NCBI GenBank assembly: GCA_024276125.1
Contig: JAJRXT010000100.1
Location: 45,329 to 109,328 of the forward strand
From: a bacterium
Lineage (GTDB): Bacteria > SZUA-182 > SZUA-191 > JAJRXT01
Direction of reading: 5' to 3'
Length of the DNA: 64,000 nt
The translations under genes were made by a program, and so were the position numbers. Below are positions 9,046 through 18,332 of the stretch, piece by piece (the stretch's first letter is position 1; the number at the start of each line of letters is the position of its first letter). The notes under the pieces are model-generated. The model saw only the letters and a list, made by a program, of their open reading frames with translations, was not told the origin of the DNA and ran no database searches.

Positions 9046-9777
9046 CTATGAAATCAGCGTATACAGATCATTAATCAGCAAGGGGTCTTGACAAAAAAAG
9101 CCTTCCCCGTAATTAACCCCGACCATTGAACCAAAATGACCGCAGCGAGCCTTGGTATGTTTAATATAATTTGTAATGCCAATGTGTACGTATTCAGGAT
9201 AGTATCCATTCTCCGGTGACAGGGAAAATTGCGATTTATATGCCATAACCGCCTCCTGCTTACGCTCAAAATAAGGCGTAATATCCACAACTATACTAGG
9301 ATTTATGTAAATATGGCAAGGATAATGAAACATTATATGAACAGAATGAGGCGCTATACCCAAATCCAGCTTTTTCATACGCGCATCATACGAAGCCTGC
9401 CGCATAAGCATACCGGCAGCCGCATGATCAGGGTGCTTATCATCAAAATAAGGGCCTATTAAAAAAGTGGGCTTAAGCTGCCTAACAACTTTAGCCAGAG
9501 CATGGCGGTTATGCAGATTAACCTCTAAGCGCCCATCGCCCAAATCCAGATTGCGCCGTGTCTTTGCGCCAAGTATTTTTGCGGCGGTTTCGGCTTCTTG
9601 CGCGCGTATCTCAGGCGTACCGCGGGAGCCCATCTCTCCGCGGGTTAAATCTACAATACCGGTAGAGTAACCCTGTTTGCCCATACGTAATAATAACCCG
9701 CCGGCGCCTAGTTCTACATCATCAGGATGAGCGCCGATGGCTAAGATATTTACTTGCATAATATCCTCTATAAACAA
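9046..9777 (-). CDS. bshB: PIG-L family deacetylase, BshB-like
   Basis: ILAIGAHPDDVELGAGG motif. The true start may be the Met at 9759. Confidence 0.7.
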   Translation of the reverse strand: MFIEDIMQVNILAIGAHPDDVELGAGGLLLRMGKQGYSTGIVDLTRGEMGSRGTPEIRAQEAETAAKILGAKTRRNLDLGDGRLEVNLHNRHALAKVVRQLKPTFLIGPYFDDKHPDHAAAGMLMRQASYDARMKKLDLGIAPHSVHIMFHYPCHIYINPSIVVDITPYFERKQEAVMAYKSQFSLSPENGYYPEYVHIGITNYIKHTKARCGHFGSMVGVNYGEGFFCQDPLLINDLYTLIS

Positions 9778-9800
9778 CTGTTATTCTAAACGCTTTTGCC

Positions 9801-9884
9801 TGTCATTCTGAGGCCGCAGGCCGAAGAATCTGCTTGGGTATGCGGGTAGATTCTTCACTCCACTCCGTTTCATTCAGAATGACA
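9801..9884 (+). repeat. Family-A nested palindrome, copy 7
   Basis: TGTCATTCTGAGGCCGCAGGCCGAAGAATCT...TTCAGAATGACA. Confidence 0.9.
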
Positions 9885-9908
9885 GCTAAGGGAGTAAATG
9901 GTTTATAT

Positions 9909-9933
9909 GTTTCGGGGTGTCTCACCCCGAAAC
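9909..9933. repeat. Family-B hairpin, single
   Basis: GTTTCGGGGTGTCTCACCCCGAAAC. Confidence 0.85.
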
Positions 9934-10008
9934 CATTATACCTACTTGGGCAGGAATTCTCACCGTATCCTTAGCAACATTTTTTTCAACAAATATTTTA
10001 TATTTCAA
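9922..10008 (-). pseudogene. remnant of a RelE/ParE-like toxin, truncated by repeats
   Basis: TTG start overlaps the antitoxin TGA (TTGA). It reads (M)KYKIFVEKNVAKDTVRIPAQVG and then runs into the Family-B hairpin and stops after 28 codons. Confidence 0.35.
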
Positions 10009-10214
10009 GGCGTAATCCACTTTTTACGAAATTCATTATAAGGGATGAATTCTGTTGCCCTACGTTCAGCATTTAAAAGATCATTAGCATCTTCAAGGTC
10101 TTCTATAAACTCCAACAGGTTTTCATAGTCTTTTAAGTCAATCACTACCGCCGTCTTCCGGCCTTTTTTACTAATTATGTATTGTGGTTTAATAATCTCT
10201 AAGGTGTTTGGCAT
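10005..10214 (-). CDS. Phd/YefM-like antitoxin (partner toxin degraded)
   Basis: 69 aa, ...KKGRKTAVVIDLKDYENLLEFIEDLEDANDL.... Confidence 0.6.
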   Translation of the reverse strand: MPNTLEIIKPQYIISKKGRKTAVVIDLKDYENLLEFIEDLEDANDLLNAERRATEFIPYNEFRKKWITP

Positions 10215-10290
10215 TTTAGCCCTTCCTGATAGAAAAACAAAATGGCTATTGATTTCTCTTCCGAAAACAAAGCTATTTAATTTTATTAGC

Positions 10291-10377
10291 TGTCATTCTT
10301 AAACGAAACGAAGTGGAGTGAAGAATCTCCTCGCTATTGCGGGGGGAGATTCTTCGGCCTCCGGCCTCAGAATGACA
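10291..10377 (-). repeat. Family-A nested palindrome, copy 8
   Basis: Termini and inner stem intact. Flanked by the 50-bp module AAATGGCTATTG...TTTAATTTTATTAGC (10240-10290). Confidence 0.9.
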
Positions 10378-10398
10378 GAATGTAATTATTTTCGCAAG

Positions 10399-11262
10399 TT
10401 AACTCAATAGCCATTTTATTTTATCCCGAAACAATTTATGCAGTTTTTGCGTAATTATACCGGGGACGCCCTCGCCAACAGTCTGACCGTTTATCCTTGT
10501 AAGCGGCATAATTTCAAAGCCGGTATTGGTTAAAAAAGCCTCATCCGCATTCAGTAATTCTTCCGGTAAAAACCTGCCCTCTACCACTTCAAACTGCTCG
10601 CATCTGGCTAATGTTATAACAAACCGACGAGTAATACCCGGTAATAAACCACAGCTTGCAGCCGGCGTCATTACAATATTATATTTTATGAAAAAAAGAT
10701 TACTGGTGGTAGCTTCCGTTAAGTCGCCTTGTTGATTTAACATAATAGCATCTGCCGCCTCATATACAGATGCTTCCTCTTTAGCCATAATATTATTTAG
10801 GAAATTAAGGGATTTTATGGCCGGATTAAGCGCTTTTTGCGATATACGCAACGTATTTACAATTTGTGCGCTTATACCTTGTTTATACATATGCTCAGGA
10901 TAGCCGCAAAACTCACTTATCATAACAACTACCGTAGGAGTAGGGCATAAATTTATATCCAATCCAGCTCGACCATATCCCCGCGATACAGTAACGCGAA
11001 GACGAGCATTTTGCAGGTTATTTTTTTTCAAACCCGTATATAAAATACATTCAAATTCTTCTAAGTTAAAAGGAAGTTTCAGTTTTAGAGCTTTGGCCGA
11101 ACGAGTAAGTCTATTAAAGTGTTCTTTTAATAAAAATATCTTACCATTATAGGCGCGCATGGTTTCAAACAAACCATCCCCATATAAAAAGCCATGATCA
11201 TATACTGAAATCTTGGCTTTATCTTCTGGATACCATATTCCGTTAAGGTATACCTGCAACAC
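10399..11262 (-). CDS. class IV aminotransferase (IlvE/PabC-like)
   Basis: 287 aa. HGFLYGDGLFETMRAYNGKIF and the overall fold-type IV pattern. Confidence 0.75.
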   Translation of the reverse strand: MLQVYLNGIWYPEDKAKISVYDHGFLYGDGLFETMRAYNGKIFLLKEHFNRLTRSAKALKLKLPFNLEEFECILYTGLKKNNLQNARLRVTVSRGYGRAGLDINLCPTPTVVVMISEFCGYPEHMYKQGISAQIVNTLRISQKALNPAIKSLNFLNNIMAKEEASVYEAADAIMLNQQGDLTEATTSNLFFIKYNIVMTPAASCGLLPGITRRFVITLARCEQFEVVEGRFLPEELLNADEAFLTNTGFEIMPLTRINGQTVGEGVPGIITQKLHKLFRDKIKWLLS

Positions 11263-12040
11263 CTTTGGCTTCCTCCCATAGCCGGTCTAATTCTTCTAAA
11301 CTAACTTCGTTTAACTGCTTACTAGAACAAGTAACCTGCTCTTCAATGTATGAGAATCGGGAAATAAATTTCATAATAGTCTTACGTAGCGCCTCTTCCG
11401 GGTTTATCTCTATAAAACGGGCTACATTTACCAGACAAAACAATAAATCGCCTAACTCTTCCTCCATATTGGCGCTGTCATTATTGTCCATAGCGGCTTC
11501 AAACTCGGCCAATTCCTCTTCCAGTTTGGCGTAAGCCTGCTCTTTGGATATATGATCAAATCCAACTCTAGCGGCTTTTTCCTGCAAGCGATGCGCTCTT
11601 AATAGCGCCGGCAGCTGATCCGGTACGCCGGATAATACAGACGCCCCGCTGTCTTTTCTTTCCGCCTGTTTTATTTGTTCCCAATTAGCCAATATTTCCT
11701 TGGTATTTTCTACTTTAGTTTCACCAAAAACATGAGGATGCCGTCTGGTCATTTTTTCAGTAACCGTTTCTACTATGTCATATATGTCAAATTTGTCAGC
11801 CTCTTTGGCAATCTGAGCATGAAAAATCACTTGAAACAGTAAATCTCCCAATTCCTCTTTCAAGCCTTCAGTGGATTTTTCCTCAATACAGGCGAGTACC
11901 TCATAGGCTTCTTCTATTAAATACGGTTTTAATGATTCATGACTCTGCTTACGATCCCATAAGCAACCGCCTTCACCTCGCAACCGCTCCATGATCTCGA
12001 CTAATTTTCCGAATAATTCAAGCCGTCCTTCTTCGGTCAT
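11243..12040 (-). CDS. mazG: nucleoside triphosphate pyrophosphohydrolase MazG
   Basis: 265 aa with two EExxE(V/L)xD-type MazG repeats (EELGDLLFQV, EELGDLLFCL). Confidence 0.8.
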   Translation of the reverse strand: MTEEGRLELFGKLVEIMERLRGEGGCLWDRKQSHESLKPYLIEEAYEVLACIEEKSTEGLKEELGDLLFQVIFHAQIAKEADKFDIYDIVETVTEKMTRRHPHVFGETKVENTKEILANWEQIKQAERKDSGASVLSGVPDQLPALLRAHRLQEKAARVGFDHISKEQAYAKLEEELAEFEAAMDNNDSANMEEELGDLLFCLVNVARFIEINPEEALRKTIMKFISRFSYIEEQVTCSSKQLNEVSLEELDRLWEEAKGVAGIP

Positions 12041-12068
12041 TTAGACATCCTTATCTTATATAGCTACT

Positions 12069-12216
12069 TGTCATTCTGGGCAAAGAGGCTGTATCGTAAC
12101 CGCTTAAAATCTGAAAAATGCTCTCAACACCGTCATTCTGAATAAAGCGAAGCGGAGTGAAGAATCTACTCGCTGTTGCGGAGGCAGATTCTTCGGCCTA
12201 AGGCCTCAGAATGACA
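12069..12216 (-). repeat. Family-A copy 9 (12131-12216) with a 52-bp type-2 mini-element in its left terminus
   Basis: TGTCATTCTG (12069-12078) and CGTCATTCTG (12131-12140) flank the insert 12079-12130. Confidence 0.8.
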
Positions 12217-12269
12217 GGCTAAGAAAAGCTTTTCATTATAGTATAAGCCTTAGTCAACAGCATTGCCTT

Positions 12270-12899
12270 TTAGACCCCTGTAAGTTGGGGGTTCCAGATA
12301 TATTTATGTATCTGCAATTGAAAACGTACCTCTAAATTATCTTCTAATATCCAGCCGGCCAGCTCGCCGGGTTCCAGATATTCAAAAGCCGCTCCTAGCA
12401 ATAAATTGTTTTTAAGGTTGTATTGCTCAATAATATATTTAGTCCATTCATAATCTGCGCGGCTGCAAATCACAAATTTAATCTCATCTGTTGCGGAGAG
12501 TTGTTCTATATTTTGCCAATATACACGCATATGTTCCATGCTGTCGGGACATTTTATATCCATTATGCGGATTACGACGGCTGGTACCGGCGTTATATCC
12601 AGGCTGCCATTAGTTTCTAATAAAACTTGATAGCCGTCTTTTAGCAATATATTGCAAAGCCTATGAACTTCTGTTTGTAACAGCGGCTCCCCGCCGGTAA
12701 TTAATACTCGTTTACAGACATATTTTTTTATATGCTCGCATAGTTTTTCTATTGCTATACTAAAACCGCCGGCTTTGGCATATTGGCTATCACAATAGGT
12801 GCAATTTAGGTTACACCCCGCTAGCCTGATAAAAATTGAGGGGAGTCCCACATAGGAAGACTCCCCTAATATACTATAATAAATTTCGATTATATTCAT
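12270..12899 (-). CDS. queE: 7-carboxy-7-deazaguanine synthase (radical SAM)
   Basis: 209 aa. GESSYVGLPSIFIRLAGCNLNCTYCDS cluster motif. Confidence 0.8.
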   Translation of the reverse strand: MNIIEIYYSILGESSYVGLPSIFIRLAGCNLNCTYCDSQYAKAGGFSIAIEKLCEHIKKYVCKRVLITGGEPLLQTEVHRLCNILLKDGYQVLLETNGSLDITPVPAVVIRIMDIKCPDSMEHMRVYWQNIEQLSATDEIKFVICSRADYEWTKYIIEQYNLKNNLLLGAAFEYLEPGELAGWILEDNLEVRFQLQIHKYIWNPQLTGV

Positions 12900-12927
12900 A
12901 TTTTAAACTGGCCGGACGATAACCAAA

Positions 12928-13689
12928 TTATTTGTCTTTAGGCGCTTTTCGCTGATAATTTGCAGCCGGCAAAACAATAGAAAAAGTAGTTCCCCTGCCG
13001 ACTTCGCTTTCTACTTTTATAGTGCCATTATAACTTTTTATAATAGAATAAGAAATAAACAGTCCCAATCCCGTTCCGTCAAAACCCTTAGTGGTAAAAA
13101 ACGGTTCAAATAGATAGTTCATATCCTCGGGTTTGATCCCCTGACCATTATCTGAAATTACGATTTCCACCAAATTGTTAATGGTTTTACTGCTGGCGCT
13201 TACTGTTTCTGTATCTTTTATATTTTTAGGCTGTAAAATTTGACGAGTACAGACGTGAAGTGCGCCTCTTTCAGTCATAGCGTCTTCTGCATTTTTGATA
13301 AGATTCATCAACACTTGGGTAATCTTGGTACGTGGAATCATAATAAGCGGATTGCTCTTATCCAAATCAAGCTCTATCTTAATACCCCTTTTCATTAGCT
13401 GGCTAAAGGCAATTGAAAAGATATGACTGCTTATTATTTCATTTATATTGATAATCTCATGACCGGCCTCATCCATTTTGGCGTGGTCTCTTAACTGCTG
13501 TACAATATGGGCTATGCGCTCCACCTCTTCGCTTATTGAATGCAGATTTTCCATCATTGGATTAGTGGGTTCTACCTGACTTTTTAAGAATTCTACATCC
13601 AATGAGATAATATTTAATGGATTATTTATTTCATGAGCCACACCTGCTGCCAGTTTGCCCAAGGCCGCCAATTTTTCCGCTTGGCTAAT
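12928..13689 (-). CDS. histidine kinase core (HisKA+HATPase), C-terminal part of an interrupted REC-PAS-HK gene
   Basis: H-box AHEINNPL, then DNGQGI and GTGLGL boxes. Same frame as ORF 13690-14442, separated only by TAG at 13690-13692. No RBS or sensor domain of its own. Confidence 0.75.
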   Translation of the reverse strand: MSQAEKLAALGKLAAGVAHEINNPLNIISLDVEFLKSQVEPTNPMMENLHSISEEVERIAHIVQQLRDHAKMDEAGHEIININEIISSHIFSIAFSQLMKRGIKIELDLDKSNPLIMIPRTKITQVLMNLIKNAEDAMTERGALHVCTRQILQPKNIKDTETVSASSKTINNLVEIVISDNGQGIKPEDMNYLFEPFFTTKGFDGTGLGLFISYSIIKSYNGTIKVESEVGRGTTFSIVLPAANYQRKAPKDK

Positions 13690-14442
13690 CTATTGCATGA
13701 TTTTGGTTCTGCGGGTTAAATCTTCAATTATCAGCATAATAGACTTTGGCTTGCCGTCTTTAAAAACAATCGGTTTTAAATAACATGACAGGATAAAATC
13801 TTTTTTGTTAACCGGAGAATAAAACTTAACATCTTCTTTACAAGCATCTTCGCCGCTTACAGCCTGCTTAAGACAGCTTACAAGGTTTGCCTGCAAGATT
13901 CCGGGCAAGTCAGTAAAATTTTGCCCCAATACATGTAAGTCGCCCCAAAGCTTTTTACTCATCGCCGGATTAGCAGTAGTAACTACTCCCTTGCTGTTTA
14001 ATAGAAACATGCCGATATTGGCCAAAATGGTTTCCATTTTATTTACTTCCAGCATTTTAATATCGGTTTCGCGTTTTTGGACGCCTTTTTTGACGCGCAA
14101 GATCAGCTCGTCTTTTCCGCAGGGTTTCATTATATAGTCAAAGGCGCCTTTTTGCATAGCTTGCACGGCGGAAGACAAAGAGCCATAACCGGTAATAATA
14201 ATTACTACAGTTTCAGGTGAAATACGCTTAATTTCTTCTAAAAGACGCAGTCCGTCAATATCTTCCATTATAAGGTCTGTAAGCACCAGATCAAAATCGG
14301 AATTCTTTTGTACTATATCCAAAGCTTGCCGGCCATTTTGAGCTGTTTGTATTTGGTAGCTCATCGGCTCTAATATCCGCTCGATATTTGTTCTGACTAT
14401 TTCTTCATCATCCACAATCAAAACTTTTGGTTTAACAATCAT
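13690..14442 (-). CDS. response-regulator receiver + PAS, N-terminal part of an interrupted hybrid kinase
   Basis: VLIVDDEEIV...DLVLTDLIMEDIDG...KP receiver motifs followed by a PAS-like segment. Ends at an in-frame TAG. Confidence 0.75.
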   Translation of the reverse strand: MIVKPKVLIVDDEEIVRTNIERILEPMSYQIQTAQNGRQALDIVQKNSDFDLVLTDLIMEDIDGLRLLEEIKRISPETVVIIITGYGSLSSAVQAMQKGAFDYIMKPCGKDELILRVKKGVQKRETDIKMLEVNKMETILANIGMFLLNSKGVVTTANPAMSKKLWGDLHVLGQNFTDLPGILQANLVSCLKQAVSGEDACKEDVKFYSPVNKKDFILSCYLKPIVFKDGKPKSIMLIIEDLTRRTKIMQ

Positions 14443-14523
14443 TATTAACCATCTCCTAGTATTACAATGCTACAGAACATAAAAAAATGGCTACTTTAGT
14501 TAACTCCGAAAATAATTACATTT

Positions 14524-14607
14524 TGTCATTCTTAAGGCCAAAAGCCGAAGAATCTGCTCGCATACGAGGACAGATTCTCACTCCACTCCGTTTCGTTCAG
14601 AATGACA
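14524..14607 (+). repeat. Family-A nested palindrome, copy 10
   Basis: Termini and inner stem intact. Followed by the 53-bp module 14608-14660, which recurs at 26823-26875 (51/53 identical). Confidence 0.9.
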
Positions 14608-14964
14608 GCTAATAAAATTAAACAGCTTTGGTTTCGCAAGAGAACTCTAGCAGCCATTTAAAAAATTACCGCTCTAGTTATGGTATAAAATTTTTGTTTC
14701 ATTAATGACATAAAAACAAAAGATGTTAAAGTTTTTTTACAATCCCTAAACAAAATATTTAGCCCGTATTATTCAAGTTAGTCTTACGCCTAATAAACTT
14801 ACTCCCTATTTTTATTTTAGCTGATTTTTTCGCAAAATAGAAGTAATTTTATTCAATAGTCAAAACGAATGCACTAGTCAAAGTATAAACAACACTATGA
14901 ATGCGCAATATAAAGTATGGGCGTAAACCTTGAACACAACATACAGTATATATTTTATATTTAT

Positions 14965-15034
14965 GTTTCGGTATGTCTCATGCCGAAACTATTGCTCACC
15001 GCCAAGTGTGTTTCTGGGTGAGACATCCCGAAAC
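14965..15034. repeat. Family-B hairpin doublet (subfamily B1)
   Basis: GTTTCGGTATGTCTCATGCCGAAAC, the linker TATTGCTCACCGCCAAGTGT, then GTTTCTGGGTGAGACATCCCGAAAC. Confidence 0.85.
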
Positions 15035-15087
15035 ATACACCTGACCCGCCTTGTATTTCATCTCACATTTAAGCAGAATTATTCAGG

Positions 15088-18084
15088 CTAAGCTGAGATT
15101 GCCGGTATGTTATTGTTTTTGCCGGATTTATTTACTTTATAAATCGGTAATATTACTGTAAATTTGGCGCCTTTGCCCTGTTCGCTTTCTACCTCTATTT
15201 TACCATTATGTCTGGATATTATACCATAACTTACAGAAAGTCCAAGTCCTACGCCTTTAACTTCTTTTTTAGTCGTAAAAAACGCATCAAAAATTTTAGT
15301 TACATTCTCTTTGGGTATCCCATATCCCGTATCAATTACAGTTACTAATACATTGTCATTATCGGATTTAGTAATAATCGTCAAGTCTCCTCCCTGGGGC
15401 ATAGAGTCGCGTGCATTACTTACCAGATTGATAAATACCTGTTTTAGCTGATCGCTGGTAGCCAATACCTGGGGTAGATTGCGTTGATACTTTGTATGTA
15501 GCTTAACGTGTACTTGTTTTAAATAAGCAGCCTCTAATAAAAGTACATCGCGGATAATTTCTTTAATGTCAATAGGACTCATTATCTCCTCAGAGGGGCG
15601 GTACAAATCCTGCAATCTTCTAATCAAACCGCTGATTCGTAAAGTTTCCCGATAAGATAGATCAATAAATTTTCTATCCTTATTGTCCAGCTCTTTTTTA
15701 TTTGAAATGCTATCTAAGCAACCCTGGATACCGTATAGCGGATTATTTATTTCATGGGCTATACCGGCTACCAATTTACCTGTAGCCGCTAATTTTTCCG
15801 ATTGTATAAGCTGCATCTCCAATCTTTTTATTTCAGTAACATCATATCCCATAACCGCCAGTTTGATGACCTTGCCGCGTTCATTAAAAAAGGGTATACT
15901 CCAAAAAATTTTATTTACCTCTTCATTTTTATAATGTCCTGTTGCTTCTTTATAGTTTACTTTGATCTCTTTTTGAGATTCCCCATATTCAAATGTGTGC
16001 CGAAGCATTTGTTTAAATTCGCTGTTTGATGAAAGCTGAGGACACAAATCATTGACCTTTTTTCCTATAGCCTGCTTCCTTGATTTACCGGTTATCCATT
16101 CCCAGAATTTATTTACATAAATAAATTTTCCTTCTTTATCAATAACAGCTACCTCTAAGGGTGCATTCTCTGAAATAGCTTCCAATAATTGCTGCGATTC
16201 TCTTAATTGTTTGGTTCTTTTCTCTATTTTTTTCTCAAGGGCTTCTGAATGTTCTTTTATTTTATGTTCGATTTTTTTGCGTATAGTAACATCGCGCAAA
16301 AATGCCTGCAATGCCGGTTTTCCTTTATAGGTAGTTAGTTTTGCATTAACTTCAATATCGAATACCATTCCATCGGTTTTTACCCCGCGATATTCAAAAT
16401 GAGAAGGACTTTGCTGTTTTTTGTCGGCTATAAAGGCTCTTTTGCGTACAAAATCAAGGCTTTCAGGAGCAGTGTTGGCTTCTAAGCTCTTACCCAAAAC
16501 CTGAGCCTGATTTTTATAGCCGAACATTTTTAAAAACGCAGGATTAACATAAACAATATCAGCGCCCTGCAAAACAACTACCGCATCCTGGCTTTCTTCA
16601 ATAAGGCTGCGATACTGTTCCTCTGATTCCCGAAGCGAAGATTCCAGTTTTTTCCATTCTGTAATATCCCGAATAACGCTGATATAGCCTATTAGTTTAT
16701 ACGGCGCTCTACGTTCTTTAACCGCCATCATATTACACCAGCCGGTAAATCGCTTTCCGTCCTTACATAAATAAATATGCTCACATTCCACATGTCCTTG
16801 CCTAGCTACTTTTCCCAGATATTCAGTCAACTGTGCTTTTGATTTTTCATCGGGCATAAGGATGTGCATAGGTTTTTTCATAATTTCTTTTTTATTATAG
16901 CCAAATATTCCTTCACTGGCGCGATTCCAGATAGTAATCAATCCTTCTTGGTCAGTAGAAATTATAGCCTCGCCCGCTGAAAAAAGAACCTGTTCTAAAT
17001 ATTCCTTGGTTTCTCTGATCTTTTTTTGCAAGCGGCTTTCTTCTTCCAGATACCTTTTTTCTTCACGGGCGATTATCCACATTTTGTTTATTTTTAAAGT
17101 ATATAACGCCACAAAAAATATTATCATCACCGCAGTGCCAATAAGCGCCAAAGTCTTCTTAAAACTTTGGCGCACCAGCATGGTGATTTCTGAATACGGC
17201 GTAACTACAGCAACCAGCCAAAAACGATTCCCCACCTTAATAGGCGAGTAAGCCAGTAATTTATATTGATTGTTTTCAGCGGATTGATATAAAATCTTAC
17301 CGCCCTCTTTTTGTCTAATCATATTCCGCTCGCGCTTAAATGAAATATGACAAACTATACAATGTTTATCTACTTTGAATATATTGCGATCCAGCATCTC
17401 CGGATGTTTAGGGTGATGTATTAAGGTTCCCTGGTTGTCCATCAACCACGCATAGCCAGTTTTACCCGGTACAATTGACTCTATAAATAATTTGATAATC
17501 TTAGAAGGAGTTATAACCACTCCAAAAGCCCCGTTAAGTCTGTTTTCTCCTGTTAGGCCAACTGCCTTTATTACCGGAACAATAATCATTAGTTCCTTAA
17601 AACCATTTTTTTGGGTAATAAGATTACTTACAAGCAGTTTTGATTTTCCCTTTTCAAAATCTCTTTTCAACTGATTAAAATATCTACTTACAATTTCTTT
17701 ATCTACAGCAATTTCTCCCGAAGGCAGGCTGTGTAATAAAAAACCCGACTCTTCGGGTTTAATGTAAAAAATACTGGAAATTTTAGAACGTAATATATCA
17801 AAACTGTACTGCATATCCTGAGGTATGGTATCCGTTGAAGCAGACGCTGTCTTATTCGCCAGGGCATTTAAATTGTTTTCTATTTCGGCAAAAAAATTCT
17901 CTATGCCCACGGAGGCTTCCTTAGCCAACATGAGCTGATGAGTGTTAAATTGCTCGGCGGTACCCTGTTCTGCGCTATAATAGGCCGAAAATGCCATAGC
18001 GATAATTATGGCTATCGCACAAAAAGCAAGAATAGAAACAATATATTGCGAGAAGCTTTTAGTTATAAATCTTCTGTTGGGCAT
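15088..18084 (-). CDS. membrane sensor histidine kinase (periplasmic Cache-like domain, multiple PAS, HisKA, HATPase)
   Basis: 998 aa. N-terminal TM helix, second TM near residue 320, repeated PAS-like blocks, AHEINNPL H-box, DTGYGI/GVGLGL ATPase boxes. Confidence 0.8.
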   Translation of the reverse strand: MPNRRFITKSFSQYIVSILAFCAIAIIIAMAFSAYYSAEQGTAEQFNTHQLMLAKEASVGIENFFAEIENNLNALANKTASASTDTIPQDMQYSFDILRSKISSIFYIKPEESGFLLHSLPSGEIAVDKEIVSRYFNQLKRDFEKGKSKLLVSNLITQKNGFKELMIIVPVIKAVGLTGENRLNGAFGVVITPSKIIKLFIESIVPGKTGYAWLMDNQGTLIHHPKHPEMLDRNIFKVDKHCIVCHISFKRERNMIRQKEGGKILYQSAENNQYKLLAYSPIKVGNRFWLVAVVTPYSEITMLVRQSFKKTLALIGTAVMIIFFVALYTLKINKMWIIAREEKRYLEEESRLQKKIRETKEYLEQVLFSAGEAIISTDQEGLITIWNRASEGIFGYNKKEIMKKPMHILMPDEKSKAQLTEYLGKVARQGHVECEHIYLCKDGKRFTGWCNMMAVKERRAPYKLIGYISVIRDITEWKKLESSLRESEEQYRSLIEESQDAVVVLQGADIVYVNPAFLKMFGYKNQAQVLGKSLEANTAPESLDFVRKRAFIADKKQQSPSHFEYRGVKTDGMVFDIEVNAKLTTYKGKPALQAFLRDVTIRKKIEHKIKEHSEALEKKIEKRTKQLRESQQLLEAISENAPLEVAVIDKEGKFIYVNKFWEWITGKSRKQAIGKKVNDLCPQLSSNSEFKQMLRHTFEYGESQKEIKVNYKEATGHYKNEEVNKIFWSIPFFNERGKVIKLAVMGYDVTEIKRLEMQLIQSEKLAATGKLVAGIAHEINNPLYGIQGCLDSISNKKELDNKDRKFIDLSYRETLRISGLIRRLQDLYRPSEEIMSPIDIKEIIRDVLLLEAAYLKQVHVKLHTKYQRNLPQVLATSDQLKQVFINLVSNARDSMPQGGDLTIITKSDNDNVLVTVIDTGYGIPKENVTKIFDAFFTTKKEVKGVGLGLSVSYGIISRHNGKIEVESEQGKGAKFTVILPIYKVNKSGKNNNIPAISA

Positions 18085-18213
18085 AATTGGTTTTTATGTT
18101 ATTATAATTTTGTTGTCGGCGGGTAGGAACAGATTTATTTTATATATGTATTATACTAACAAAATATTATGATAAGCAATACATTATTTTTTGGGAAGGA
18201 GACAGGAGTTTGC

Positions 18214-18306
18214 GTAGACGCCGGCCTTTAGGTCGGCCTGTCAGCCATACAAGCGCAAGTTTTTAAGCTGGCGTAAGCGACAGCCGACCTGAAGGTCGGC
18301 GGCTAC
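18214..18306. repeat. Family-C GTAG-headed palindrome doublet (REPIN-like)
   Basis: GTAGACGCCGGCCTTTAGGTCGGCCTGTC...GACAGCCGACCTGAAGGTCGGCGGCTAC: two inverted GTAG+hairpin units. Confidence 0.8.
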
Positions 18307-18332
18307 GAAAAAAATGGGAATTCCAATACCAA

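Noticed and set aside
14965-15034. Possible mini-CRISPR arrays: 25-nt GTTTC...GAAAC repeats separated by ~20-nt 'spacers'
   Set aside because: There are never more than two units per locus. The two units are in inverted polarity. The 'spacers' are themselves conserved between loci (ATTGCTCACCGC or CTAAG.GCG..TTTTAAC) in both orientations. No cas genes are present. This behaves as a dispersed palindromic element, not an array.
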